Source of the DNA: Acidobacteriota bacterium
GTDB lineage: Bacteria; Actinomycetota; Acidimicrobiia; Spongiisociales; UBA5794
Reading direction: 5' to 3'
Assembly (NCBI GenBank): GCA_022566415.1
Contig: JADFIY010000001.1
Span: 1-53,460 of the forward strand
DNA length: 53,460 nucleotides
Shown in pieces: positions 11,327-19,868 of the stretch (within the stretch, counting starts at the first letter, position 1; every line of letters begins with the position of its first letter). The position numbers and the translations under genes were made by a program. The notes under the pieces are model-generated. The model saw only the letters and a program-made list of their open reading frames with translations, did no database searches and had not been told where the DNA came from.

Positions 11327-12180
11327 CACCCAACTGGACGCTATTGGCCATTCCAATTTGGGACCAACTGGTCGACCTCCTTGGCGCTTCGCTCAACTTT
11401 TTTTACCAGTTTATTCCAAATCTGGGAGTGGCAATCGTGATGCTCACGATCGGGTTGTCGCTCTTGATGTTCCCGCTGACGCTGAAACAAACCCGCTCGA
11501 TGCGAGCCATGCAGGAGATCCAGCCCGAGGTCAAGCGGATCCAGAAGGAGCTCAAGGGGAACAGAGAGGAGCTCAACAAGGAACTGATGGCGCTGTATTC
11601 GGAGCGCGGCGTCAACCCTGCGGCGGGCTGTCTACCGCTGATCGTCCAGATGCCGATCTGGTTTGCGCTGTTTTCAGTGTTGCGCAACACCGGCAACTAC
11701 ATCGACGCCGACCAGATCAACACCACGTTCCTCGGCATGGATCTGACCCTTTCCCCGAGCTCGGCGATTCCGGATGCGTTCAGCAGCGGCGACATCCTGG
11801 CGGCGGTGCCCTACATAGTTCTCCTGATCTTCATAGTTTCTGCCGGATTTTACCAGCAGTATCAAACCACCAAGACCCGGAACGGTGACGATTCGGAAAA
11901 GACCCCGCAACAGCAGTCGATGCAGACGGTAATGAAGGTGATGCCACTGTTCTTCGGTTTCATCAGCTGGACGCTCACCGCAGGGCTTGGGATCTATTTT
12001 GCGACGTCGAGCACGTTCCGCATCGGGCAGCAGTCACTGATCTACTGGATTGACGGCCGGGAGAAGGGCGGGGAAACCGAGGAGGCGGGAAGACCTAGCG
12101 AAATCCCGGAGGGTGACCAACCGCCAAAGGGGCTGTCCCCGAACGCCAGCAAGAAGAAAAAGGGCCGGAGGAGGAAGTAA
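11323..12180 (+). CDS. yidC: YidC/Oxa1-family membrane protein insertase
   Basis: 285 aa with LTLKQTRSMRAMQEIQPEVKRIQ and multiple TM segments. ATGA overlap with yidD. Confidence 0.93.
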   Translation: MTPNWTLLAIPIWDQLVDLLGASLNFFYQFIPNLGVAIVMLTIGLSLLMFPLTLKQTRSMRAMQEIQPEVKRIQKELKGNREELNKELMALYSERGVNPAAGCLPLIVQMPIWFALFSVLRNTGNYIDADQINTTFLGMDLTLSPSSAIPDAFSSGDILAAVPYIVLLIFIVSAGFYQQYQTTKTRNGDDSEKTPQQQSMQTVMKVMPLFFGFISWTLTAGLGIYFATSSTFRIGQQSLIYWIDGREKGGETEEAGRPSEIPEGDQPPKGLSPNASKKKKGRRRK

Positions 12181-12184
12181 GCCG

Positions 12185-13066
12185 ATGGAGTGGGTCGAAG
12201 TAACCGGCAGCACCGTCGAAATAGCCGTGGAGGCAGCACTCGAGGAACTCGGGATAGACTCGGTGGAGAACGCTGAGGTCGAGGTCCTTCAGAAGGCTGC
12301 CGGCGGCTTCCTCGGCATGGGCAGCCGACCTGCCATTGTCAAAGTCGTCAAGGCACCCAGCAGGAGCAAGCGTCGTCGGCGTCGGGGTGGATCATCGGGA
12401 CAGCCACAGCCACAGCCACAGCCACAGCAACAGCAACAGCAACAGAACCAGCACAAGAAAAGGCAGCAACAACAAGGCGAGACGCAGGCCGCGAAGAGCG
12501 GGCAACGCTCGCAACGGCGGCGGGCACAGCAGGATGGGAAGGGTCGATCCATGGAAAACGGACAAGCCGGTAACAAGACGGAGCGACCAGAGCCTGCACC
12601 GATTGAGGAGCAAGCCAAGGTGGCAACGGCATTCCTCGACGGATTGCTGGATGCGTTTGGCCTGGAGGGCGAGATAACGTCACGAATTGAAGACGACGTG
12701 CTCTATCTCGACGTCGTAGGCGACCAGACCGAGGCGTTGGTGGGGGCAAAAGGCGCCGCCATGTACTCGGTGCTCGAACTCACCCGCACCACGGTGCAGC
12801 GCAAGACTTTTGGTGCTCCTCGTATGCGAATCGATATCGCTGGCTACGGTGCTCGGCGGCGTGAGGCCCTGACCATCTACACGCACCGGCTGGCCGAACA
12901 GGTGGTCGCCGAAGGGGGCGAGGTGATGCTGGAGCCGATGAATGCCGCCGATCGCAAGGTCGTGCACGACGCCGCCGGTGAGATCGACGGGGTTCGAACG
13001 CACTCCGAGGGCGAGGACCCGCGACGAGCAGTGGTCATCTCACCGGTGGACGGCGCAACCAGCTGA
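12185..13066 (+). CDS. jag: Jag/R3H-domain RNA-binding protein with a PQ/Q-rich linker
   Basis: Jag_N begins at ATG 12185 (MEWVEVTGSTVEIAVEAALEELG). A KH/R3H-like C-terminus follows (MLEPMNAADRKVVHDA). Synteny is yidC-jag-rsmG. Confidence 0.88.
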   Translation: MEWVEVTGSTVEIAVEAALEELGIDSVENAEVEVLQKAAGGFLGMGSRPAIVKVVKAPSRSKRRRRRGGSSGQPQPQPQPQQQQQQQNQHKKRQQQQGETQAAKSGQRSQRRRAQQDGKGRSMENGQAGNKTERPEPAPIEEQAKVATAFLDGLLDAFGLEGEITSRIEDDVLYLDVVGDQTEALVGAKGAAMYSVLELTRTTVQRKTFGAPRMRIDIAGYGARRREALTIYTHRLAEQVVAEGGEVMLEPMNAADRKVVHDAAGEIDGVRTHSEGEDPRRAVVISPVDGATS

Positions 13067-13078
13067 GCCTCAGTGCGT

Positions 13079-13213
13079 GCACCGATAGGTGACCGGTCGT
13101 CTCGACAGAAGTTGGGCCCCTTACCCGCTTTCGCTGCGTCCTCGGGCCCCTCGGGCCACGGCACCGCAAATGGCCTCACCAAGAAGAAACGGATCGCCCC
13201 CTATTTGCGGAAT
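13079..13213 (+). repeat. Hairpin-repeat family, locus 1 (leader + 1 degenerate unit)
   Basis: Leader GCACCGATAGGTGACCGGTCGTCTCGACAGAAG at 13079-13111. Unit arms are CCGCAAA 13164-13170 and TTTGCGG 13204-13210. It fills the jag-rsmG spacer. Confidence 0.75.
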
Positions 13214-13222
13214 CTCTTCGGC

Positions 13223-13861
13223 ATGTTTCCCGTGAAACATGCCGAAAGCGCGCTGCGGCGGGCTGCCGGCTGGGCGGGGATCGAATTGTCGCCTGATCAA
13301 CTAGATCTGCTTACCCGCTACGCCGAGTGGTTGGTTGTGGAGGCCGTACCTGCTGGCGGGGTTGGACCTGGCGAAGCCGCTCGAATCATCGACCGCCACG
13401 TCGCCGACTCCCTGGTATTCGGGATAGGCTTTGTCGACAACCCACCGGCTACCCTTATCGATGTTGGATCGGGGGTTGGACTACCGGGCATCCCGTTGGC
13501 CATCGCCTATCCGGGGACGGCGGTGACCTTGCTCGATCGTTCGGAGCGGCGTACCCTGCTCGCCGGACGAGCGTTGCGGATCCTCAGTCTGGCCAATGCC
13601 GTTACGGTGCAAGGCGATGTGCGCGATCTCACCAGCACGTATGCCGCGGCCACATTCCGAGCCTCGCTGCCGATCGGAGATGCCCTGGACGCGGCCCGCT
13701 CCACCCTCGACACCGGAGGCACGGCCGTCATCGGGCTCAGTCGCTCACATCCGCCTGCACATACCCCACCAGCTGAACCAGGAGAAACGCTTCAGCTGCT
13801 CGAAACCCCCGAAGGTATCCTTGACTCGCCGGCATGGCACCTTAGGATGACACGCAATTGA
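13223..13861 (+). CDS. rsmG: 16S rRNA (guanine527-N7)-methyltransferase RsmG/GidB
   Basis: SAM motif IDVGSGVGLPGIPLAI. Start at ATG 13223 (MFPVKH); the upstream part of the track ORF is the repeat element. Confidence 0.9.
   Translation: MFPVKHAESALRRAAGWAGIELSPDQLDLLTRYAEWLVVEAVPAGGVGPGEAARIIDRHVADSLVFGIGFVDNPPATLIDVGSGVGLPGIPLAIAYPGTAVTLLDRSERRTLLAGRALRILSLANAVTVQGDVRDLTSTYAAATFRASLPIGDALDAARSTLDTGGTAVIGLSRSHPPAHTPPAEPGETLQLLETPEGILDSPAWHLRMTRN
13224..13239. promoter_or_regulatory. parS centromere-like site (15/16 match to TGTTTCACGTGAAACA)
   Basis: TGTTTCCCGTGAAACA lies within codons 1-6 of rsmG, about 640 nt upstream of parA. Confidence 0.7.
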
Positions 13862-13880
13862 AAGGGTTCTGAGCCTTCAA

Positions 13881-14657
13881 ATGCCAAACGCCACCATTGT
13901 CGCCATCGCCAATCAGAAAGGTGGCGTTGGGAAGTCGACGACCGCCATCAACCTCGGAGCCGGGCTTGCTTTTCAGGGTGAGCGAGTGCTTCTTGTCGAT
14001 CTCGACCCTCAGGGAAACACGACAAGCGGTCTTGGCGTCGACCGCAGCGCCATCAAACAATCCACCTACGATCTCTTGGTCGACGACGTTGCGGCAGAGG
14101 ACGTCATCGAAGCATCCTCGGTCCGCGATCTGTTCTTGGTGCCGGCCACGATTGACCTCGCCGGCGCCGAAATCGAGCTGGTGTCGATGTTTTCTCGAGA
14201 GCATCGTCTGGAGAACGCCCTGAAAACCGTGGTCGACGATTACGATTTCGTGCTGATCGACAGCCCGCCCTCGCTGGGACTGCTCACCATCAATGGCCTT
14301 ACGGCCGCAGACGAAGTGCTGATTCCGATCCAATGCGAGTATTACGCGCTGGAGGGTGTCGGGCAACTCATACGCAACATTCAACTGGTGCAAACCAGCC
14401 TTAACCCTCAACTAGATGTCGAAGGTGTCGTGCTCACCATGTACGACGGGCGCACGACGCTCTCGAAACAGGTCACAAGGGAGGTGCGGGATCATTTTGG
14501 GAAGACGGCATACAAGACGGTGATCCCGAGGACGGTTCGCCTGTCCGAAGCGCCTTCGCACGGTGAGCCGATCGAGGCATACGATCGCATGAACCGTGGT
14601 GCCATCGCGTATCGCGAGCTCGCCAGCGAATTCAGGAGGCGTCATGGCCGCACGTAA
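13881..14657 (+). CDS. parA: Chromosome partitioning ATPase ParA/Soj
   Basis: Deviant Walker A (IANQKGGVGKSTTAINL), 258 aa. Confidence 0.95.
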   Translation: MPNATIVAIANQKGGVGKSTTAINLGAGLAFQGERVLLVDLDPQGNTTSGLGVDRSAIKQSTYDLLVDDVAAEDVIEASSVRDLFLVPATIDLAGAEIELVSMFSREHRLENALKTVVDDYDFVLIDSPPSLGLLTINGLTAADEVLIPIQCEYYALEGVGQLIRNIQLVQTSLNPQLDVEGVVLTMYDGRTTLSKQVTREVRDHFGKTAYKTVIPRTVRLSEAPSHGEPIEAYDRMNRGAIAYRELASEFRRRHGRT

Positions 14658-15501
14658 GAGCGGGCTGGGTCGGGGGTTGGATGCACTGATCCCCGTCGAT
14701 CTCCCGGTCGTCGGCTTCGCCGAGGTCGACATTGCAGCGGTGAAGCCAAATCCGCGGCAGCCTCGGCATCGCTTCGACGATGAGGCGATGGAGGAGTTGG
14801 CGGCCTCGATTCGGGAGGTAGGAGTGCTCCAGCCGATTGTGCTTCGCCCGGGGACCGCCCAGGGCGCCTACGTCCTGGTCGCAGGGGAAAGAAGGTTGCG
14901 GGCTGCGGCGCTTGCCGGGATGTCCAAAATCCCGGCTGTGATCCGGCCGACAAGTAGCGATGAGCGGAACCTCACCGAGGCCCTTATCGAGAACCTACAG
15001 CGAACCGACCTGTCGCCCCTCGAGGAGGCCGCAGCCTTCCAGAGCCTTCTGGAAGATTTTGGCATGACACACGAAAACGTCGCAGACCGGGTCGGGAAGA
15101 GCCGCAGTGCTGTGACCAATACCCTGCGACTCCTGCAGCTGCCACCCGCCATCCAGGGGATGCTGGACCGGGGGGAACTGGCGGCCGGCCATGCCAGAGC
15201 CTTGCTGTCGGTTGATGATCCTGCCTACGCCCTCCACATCGCGCGGCGAGCGGTCGACGAGGGACTGTCGGTCCGAAGTGTCGAAGAAGCAGCGCGGGAG
15301 CGGGCGATTGCCGAGGCGTCACCACCGAGCCGCAGACCCCGCCAAGCTCGGCCCGCCGCCATCATCGAACTCGAGGAGAGACTGACCAATCGGCTGGGCA
15401 CCGAGGTTTCGATCAAGCCAAGGGGCGAAGGCGGCAGGCTCGTGATTCGGTATTCCTCGCTCGACGATCTGGAGCGGATCTACCGGGCGCTGTTCTCCTG
15501 A
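14644..15501 (+). CDS. parB: Chromosome partitioning protein ParB/Spo0J
   Basis: MAARKSGLGRGLDALIP start at 14644, with GERRLRAA and an HTH region. Overlaps the parA stop by 14 nt. Confidence 0.95.
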   Translation: MAARKSGLGRGLDALIPVDLPVVGFAEVDIAAVKPNPRQPRHRFDDEAMEELAASIREVGVLQPIVLRPGTAQGAYVLVAGERRLRAAALAGMSKIPAVIRPTSSDERNLTEALIENLQRTDLSPLEEAAAFQSLLEDFGMTHENVADRVGKSRSAVTNTLRLLQLPPAIQGMLDRGELAAGHARALLSVDDPAYALHIARRAVDEGLSVRSVEEAARERAIAEASPPSRRPRQARPAAIIELEERLTNRLGTEVSIKPRGEGGRLVIRYSSLDDLERIYRALFS

Positions 15502-16460
15502 GGTACTCCGTGGAGGAAGAGCTCGATGACCTCAGCAGCGATCACCTTGCCGGTCGCGCTGGTGAGCAGGTCGGTGGCTACCACCACGGCGGGAGCGCGG
15601 GTCTCACGCAGCATCGGAGTCGCTCTAGCCGCGACGGGTAGCCCGAGCCCGGAGCCGATCGTCTCGGCGAGGACTCGGCCCGCCGGGCTGGAGGACAAAT
15701 CGGTTCCGAAGTAGAAGGCTCCCTCTTCGAACGCGGCGGCGGTGGTGAGGGAGATAACGAGATCGGCGTCGAGGCGGTTGGCCCGCCGAGCGCGAACGTG
15801 CTCTGCCGGAAGAGTATCGATGCTTCGCGACAGCAAGGGCATCGCCCCAGCTTCACGCAATGGTGTGGATGCGCCCATGGCGGCCTGCCACGTCAGGGCT
15901 GCCGAGGGTTCATCGGGGCAGGCAGGGTCGAGGTAGATACGCGCCCCGGCGATCGGGTAAGGCAGCGAGGCGATCCACGCCTGCTCCCGTACGACCTCCC
16001 TGCCACGTTTCGATGTCTCCCTTTGCATGAGGGCGAGTTCCTCGATGACTGCTGCACCTACGATGCCATCCTCCGCCATGCCCCGGTTGTGTTGGAAGTC
16101 GAGGACCGCGCTCAGGGTGGAATGGCCAAATAGGCCATCAACTTTTCCGGCTTCGAACCCCAGCGAGTTGAGCCGCTGCTGCAGATGGGAGATGTCGTCA
16201 CCTCGCATCATCGGGACCCGTCGATACAACATGCGATCCCCGAGGTGGTAGCCGGCATCGACAAGCGCCTGCCAGGTGTCGGGTCCCACGATTCCGTCTT
16301 GTGGCAGCCCCCGGGAGCGCTGAAAGTCGGTGACGGCGGCGACGGTTGTGGCTCCGTAGACTCCCAGAGGGTCAGGATCCGTCCTCTGGCCGAGCGATGT
16401 GAGGCGACGCTGAATGTCTCGAACCGGCTCCCCGCGATCTCCTGCGTGGAACTGTCTCAC
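15480..16460 (-). CDS. cwlM: CwlM-like N-acetylmuramoyl-L-alanine amidase (two PG-binding domains + Amidase_3)
   Basis: Two PG_binding_1 repeats (DIQRRLTSLG..., HLQQRLNSLG...) followed by an amidase_3-like C-terminus. Synteny trxB-trxA-cwlM matches M. tuberculosis Rv3913-3915. Confidence 0.85.
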   Translation of the reverse strand: MRQFHAGDRGEPVRDIQRRLTSLGQRTDPDPLGVYGATTVAAVTDFQRSRGLPQDGIVGPDTWQALVDAGYHLGDRMLYRRVPMMRGDDISHLQQRLNSLGFEAGKVDGLFGHSTLSAVLDFQHNRGMAEDGIVGAAVIEELALMQRETSKRGREVVREQAWIASLPYPIAGARIYLDPACPDEPSAALTWQAAMGASTPLREAGAMPLLSRSIDTLPAEHVRARRANRLDADLVISLTTAAAFEEGAFYFGTDLSSSPAGRVLAETIGSGLGLPVAARATPMLRETRAPAVVVATDLLTSATGKVIAAEVIELFLHGVPQENSAR

Positions 16461-16715
16461 CAGCCCCTCGGTTCGCCGAGAGGCTCCGCAAAAAGCGCGC
16501 GATCGGGTCTGTGTCGGCTACGGCGATTTGCGGAGCCGTGGCCGGAGCGGCCCGCCGCCAAGCGGCGAGAGCGGGAGAGATGGCGCTCCGCAAAAAGCGC
16601 GCGATCGGGTCTGTGTCGGCTACGGCGATTTGCGGAGCCGTGGCCGGAGCGGGCCGTAGCCAGGAGCGGGAAAATGGCTCCACTTCTGTCGAGACGGCCG
16701 GTCACCTAGCGGTGC
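16461..16715 (-). repeat. Hairpin-repeat family, locus 2 (leader + 2 units, period 102 nt), minus orientation
   Basis: Arms GCTCCGCAAA / TTTGCGGAGC occur at 16483-16536 and 16585-16638. The reverse-complemented leader is at 16683-16715. It fills the trxA-cwlM spacer. Confidence 0.88.
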
Positions 16716-16720
16716 GCGCT

Positions 16721-17047
16721 CTAACCGACGAACGAGGCGAGCTCGGCCTCGAGCTGTTTCCTGCTGCGCGCTCCGACGAGTCGCTTCATCTCCTGGCCGT
16801 CCTGGAACACAATCAGGGTCGGGATGCTCATCACGCCATATTGCATGGCGGTTTGCTGGTTTTCATCGACGTTGAGTTTGACGACGTTGAGTTTTCCAGA
16901 CTGCTCTCCGGCGATCTCCTCGAGTGGTCCTTCCATCATCTTGCATGGCCCGCACCACTCCGCCCAGAAGTCGACGAGCGTTGGCGTGGACTCACCGACC
17001 AGTTCGGCAAACGTCGCGTCCGTCGCTTCGATGGTGTTCTTACCCAT
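16721..17047 (-). CDS. trxA: Thioredoxin
   Basis: 108 aa with the WCGPC active site. Confidence 0.95.
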   Translation of the reverse strand: MGKNTIEATDATFAELVGESTPTLVDFWAEWCGPCKMMEGPLEEIAGEQSGKLNVVKLNVDENQQTAMQYGVMSIPTLIVFQDGQEMKRLVGARSRKQLEAELASFVG

Positions 17048-17095
17048 GAGTTCTCCTTGTTTAGACGTACAAGAGGTTGAACCGTAACCCGGTCG

Positions 17096-18025
17096 TCAAA
17101 CTTCCCAAGCTTCTAGCAGTCGCTCCGCGTCCAACGCCGCCTCGCATCCCATCCCGGCGGCGGTTACTGCCTGCCGGTATACGTGGTCGATCACGTCGCC
17201 GGCGGCGAAGACCCCTTCGACCGAAGTCTTGGTAGTACCCGACTCGGTGACGATGTACCCGCCCTTGTCGAGCTCGAGCTGGTTCTGGAAGAAACCGGTA
17301 TTCGGATCATGCCCGATGGCGACGAACACACCGTCGACCGCTAATTCCGATCGTTCCCCAGTCTCGGTGTTGTTGAGACGGACGCCGGTGACCAACTCAT
17401 CGCCGAGCACCTCGACGACCTCGCTGTTCCATACGACGTCGACCTTCGGGTTGTCCAGGACTCGCTGCGCCATGATCTTGGAGGCACGGAACTCGCCACG
17501 TCGGTGAACGATCGTGACCTTTGAGGCGAACTTCGTGAGGAAGCTCGCCTCCTCCATCGCGCTGTCGCCGCCCCCGACAACGGCCAGATCCTTATCGCGG
17601 AAGAAAAACCCGTCACAGGTCGCGCAGGCGGAAACGCCATAGCCGCGGAGACGGTGCTCCCCCGGAACGTCGAGCCATCGCGCTGAGGCGCCGGTGGACA
17701 CGATCAGCGTCTCGGCCTCGTAGAGGTCCTGGCCGACCCACACCTTGAACGGTCGCTCGGATAGGTCGACGGTGGTGATATCCGACGAAATGATTTTCGT
17801 ACCGAACCGCTCCGCCTGCTTGCGCATCGCCTCCATGAGCTCAGGCCCCATGATGCCGTCGGGAAATCCCGGGTAGTTCTCAACGTCGGTGGTGAGCATC
17901 AGCTGACCGCCGCGCTCGAAACCCTCGATCATCACCGGGGCCAGATCGGCGCGCGCTGCATAGATCGCCGCGGTCAGACCCGCGGGACCCGACCCGAGGA
18001 TGAGAACCTTTTCTGTCACTGTCAC
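17096..18025 (-). CDS. trxB: Thioredoxin-disulfide reductase
   Basis: [16 protein letters not shown], the CATCDG redox centre and an NADPH motif. The likely start is GTG 18025 (GTGA overlap with the upstream stop) or GTG 18019; the 374-aa track ORF is over-extended. Confidence 0.93.
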   Translation of the reverse strand: MTVTEKVLILGSGPAGLTAAIYAARADLAPVMIEGFERGGQLMLTTDVENYPGFPDGIMGPELMEAMRKQAERFGTKIISSDITTVDLSERPFKVWVGQDLYEAETLIVSTGASARWLDVPGEHRLRGYGVSACATCDGFFFRDKDLAVVGGGDSAMEEASFLTKFASKVTIVHRRGEFRASKIMAQRVLDNPKVDVVWNSEVVEVLGDELVTGVRLNNTETGERSELAVDGVFVAIGHDPNTGFFQNQLELDKGGYIVTESGTTKTSVEGVFAAGDVIDHVYRQAVTAAGMGCEAALDAERLLEAWEV

Positions 18026-18327
18026 TCCTGGCCCGTCTCGTCGTCTTTGGGAAAGCGTCGTATCCAGAGCAACGCTCCGACCACGATGAGTATGCCCCCG
18101 GTGATGGCGTAGGCCACTTCCTGACCGACAAGCTCGCCAAAGGCCCGGAAGAAGGCGACGAGCAGCCAGATGGTGACGAGGCCGCCGATGGTGGCGAACA
18201 ACAAACCGAACGCAGTCCATGTGATAGACCGCTCTGCCCGGTCGACCGTGAGCGACCGGATCTTGATCGCGAACGATTCAATCAAGTCTGCGATTTGCGC
18301 GGGGTAATCGCCGTCCTGGTTCGCCAT
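18022..18327 (-). CDS. Small two-TM membrane protein (actinobacterial holin-X/DUF1469-like)
   Basis: 101 aa with two hydrophobic helices ([24 protein letters not shown] and [18 protein letters not shown]). Translationally coupled to trxB. Confidence 0.6.
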   Translation of the reverse strand: MANQDGDYPAQIADLIESFAIKIRSLTVDRAERSITWTAFGLLFATIGGLVTIWLLVAFFRAFGELVGQEVAYAITGGILIVVGALLWIRRFPKDDETGQE

Positions 18328-18357
18328 GCGGGCGAGGTTAGTCCGGGCCGAACTTGG

Positions 18358-19206
18358 TCACGGTCCTGCCGACGTCACCCGGCACGTTGTGAGGTCGACG
18401 ATGATCACGGTCTCGGCGCCGGTGTTGGCATCGGTGATGACCACGACCACGTTGTCGCCGGTCACCGAGAGCGTGCCAACCAGCACAGCCTCGCCGATCA
18501 CGCTGTCGGCGGAGCCGAAGCACCCGGCAGCAGCGTCGTAGTCGATCGTCGCCCTTGCGGTGGAGTTGAGAGCGGCATTCTCGACGCCATCGGCGGCGAA
18601 ATCGTCTCTCAGCACAGGCAGCTCGAGTTCACCAGACGCGTCCGTCGTTTGTGCCAGCGAGTACAGCATGGCATCGGGTTCTGCGGTTTCGGCGGCGACC
18701 GCTGTGGTCGGAGTCGGCTCTTGGACCCGCTGCTCCTCGGCTGAGTCTTCGGCTATGCCGCCGAGGGGATCAGCCTCCAGCGAAGGAGCCGCGGCGGCTG
18801 CGGTCGTCCGCGGCGCCGGTGCGCCGGCAAGATCGGCAGCGTCCTCACCACCGAATGTGCCGGGTAGAACGACGACCGCGGTGACGATCACGGCCGCGGT
18901 GGCAAGACCGGCGAGCGGTGCCCACCACCGGCTCCACCTTCGGGTGGGAGCGGCAACCGGCGCTACTCCGGTTTTGTCGTCGAGGAACAACCCGGCCCTC
19001 AGCGCACCGTGGAGTTCGTCGCGCTCGGGGGCGGTCATCGATACCGCGAGGGCGGACCGCAGTGCGGTCGACACCGCGAGCTGCTCGTCGTAGGCGGCTT
19101 TCATCTCGGCGTCGATCTCCAAGCGAGCGCGTACGTCTGCCTGCTCGGCGGGGGAGAGCGCCCCGTCGAGCAAGGCGACGATCAGATGGCGGTCGCTGTC
19201 GTTCAT
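18358..19206 (-). CDS. Anti-sigma factor (single TM, Ala-rich extracytoplasmic part)
   Basis: The N-terminus LLDGALSPAEQADVRARLEIDAEMKAAYDEQ is typical of anti-sigma domains. A TM segment follows WWAPLAGLATAAVIVTAVVVL. 4-nt overlap with the sigma gene. Confidence 0.65.
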   Translation of the reverse strand: MNDSDRHLIVALLDGALSPAEQADVRARLEIDAEMKAAYDEQLAVSTALRSALAVSMTAPERDELHGALRAGLFLDDKTGVAPVAAPTRRWSRWWAPLAGLATAAVIVTAVVVLPGTFGGEDAADLAGAPAPRTTAAAAAPSLEADPLGGIAEDSAEEQRVQEPTPTTAVAAETAEPDAMLYSLAQTTDASGELELPVLRDDFAADGVENAALNSTARATIDYDAAAGCFGSADSVIGEAVLVGTLSVTGDNVVVVITDANTGAETVIIVDLTTCRVTSAGP

Positions 19207-19778
19207 GGTTCCTTGTTTGGATGCGTTGGAGGGGGAGCGAGGTTCCCGAGTTCTTTTGCTAATAGGCGTCTGGCACGAAACACTCTGCTTTTGACCGTCC
19301 CGATCGGCACTCCGAGGGTATCGGAGGCCTCCTGTAGCGACATGCCTTCGAGGTCGACGAGAATCGCCGCCGCGCGAAACTCGGGTGCGATGCTTTGCAG
19401 GGCGCGCTCGATATCGGGCCGAAGCTCGACGGCGCCGATGGCATCTCCGCTTCTTGGATCAGGCGGGTCGAGGTGCTCGGGCATCGCCTCGGTTCGCTTG
19501 CGTTTGTTACGTCGGAGGTGGTCGTAGCAGGTGTTGACGGTCACCCGGTACAGCCATGTGCTGAACGCGGCTTGTTCTCGATAACGATCGACTTTGCGAA
19601 ACACGGTGAGGAAGACGTCCTGAGTGGCATCGAGCGCAGACTGGCGGTCGCGCAGCATGCGGAGGCATATGGAGAACACCCGGCCCTCGTGAGCTGCCAT
19701 GAGAGCCTCGAACGCGTCGGAATCGCCTGCCAAATAGCGGCGGATCAGATCGCGGTCTTCTGCGGAACGGCCGGTCAT
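19203..19778 (-). CDS. ECF RNA polymerase sigma factor (SigM-like position)
   Basis: Region 2 (DATQDVFLTVF, FSTWLYRVTVN) and region 4 (SLQEASDTLGVPIGTVKSRVFRAR). Confidence 0.9.
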   Translation of the reverse strand: MTGRSAEDRDLIRRYLAGDSDAFEALMAAHEGRVFSICLRMLRDRQSALDATQDVFLTVFRKVDRYREQAAFSTWLYRVTVNTCYDHLRRNKRKRTEAMPEHLDPPDPRSGDAIGAVELRPDIERALQSIAPEFRAAAILVDLEGMSLQEASDTLGVPIGTVKSRVFRARRLLAKELGNLAPPPTHPNKEP

Positions 19779-19868
19779 TGCGAGTGATTCTCGCGCAGCC
19801 GAGTGGCCGAGTCGCGGTGCGGCCCAGTCGCTGTGTAGATCTGGTGATCGTTGGTAGCCGGTGGCCGG

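Noticed and set aside
18022-18327. Holin-like small membrane protein as a sign of a prophage or lysis cassette
   Set aside because: There are no endolysin, capsid, tail or integrase genes nearby. The gene is translationally coupled to trxB inside a conserved sigma/anti-sigma/trx cluster.
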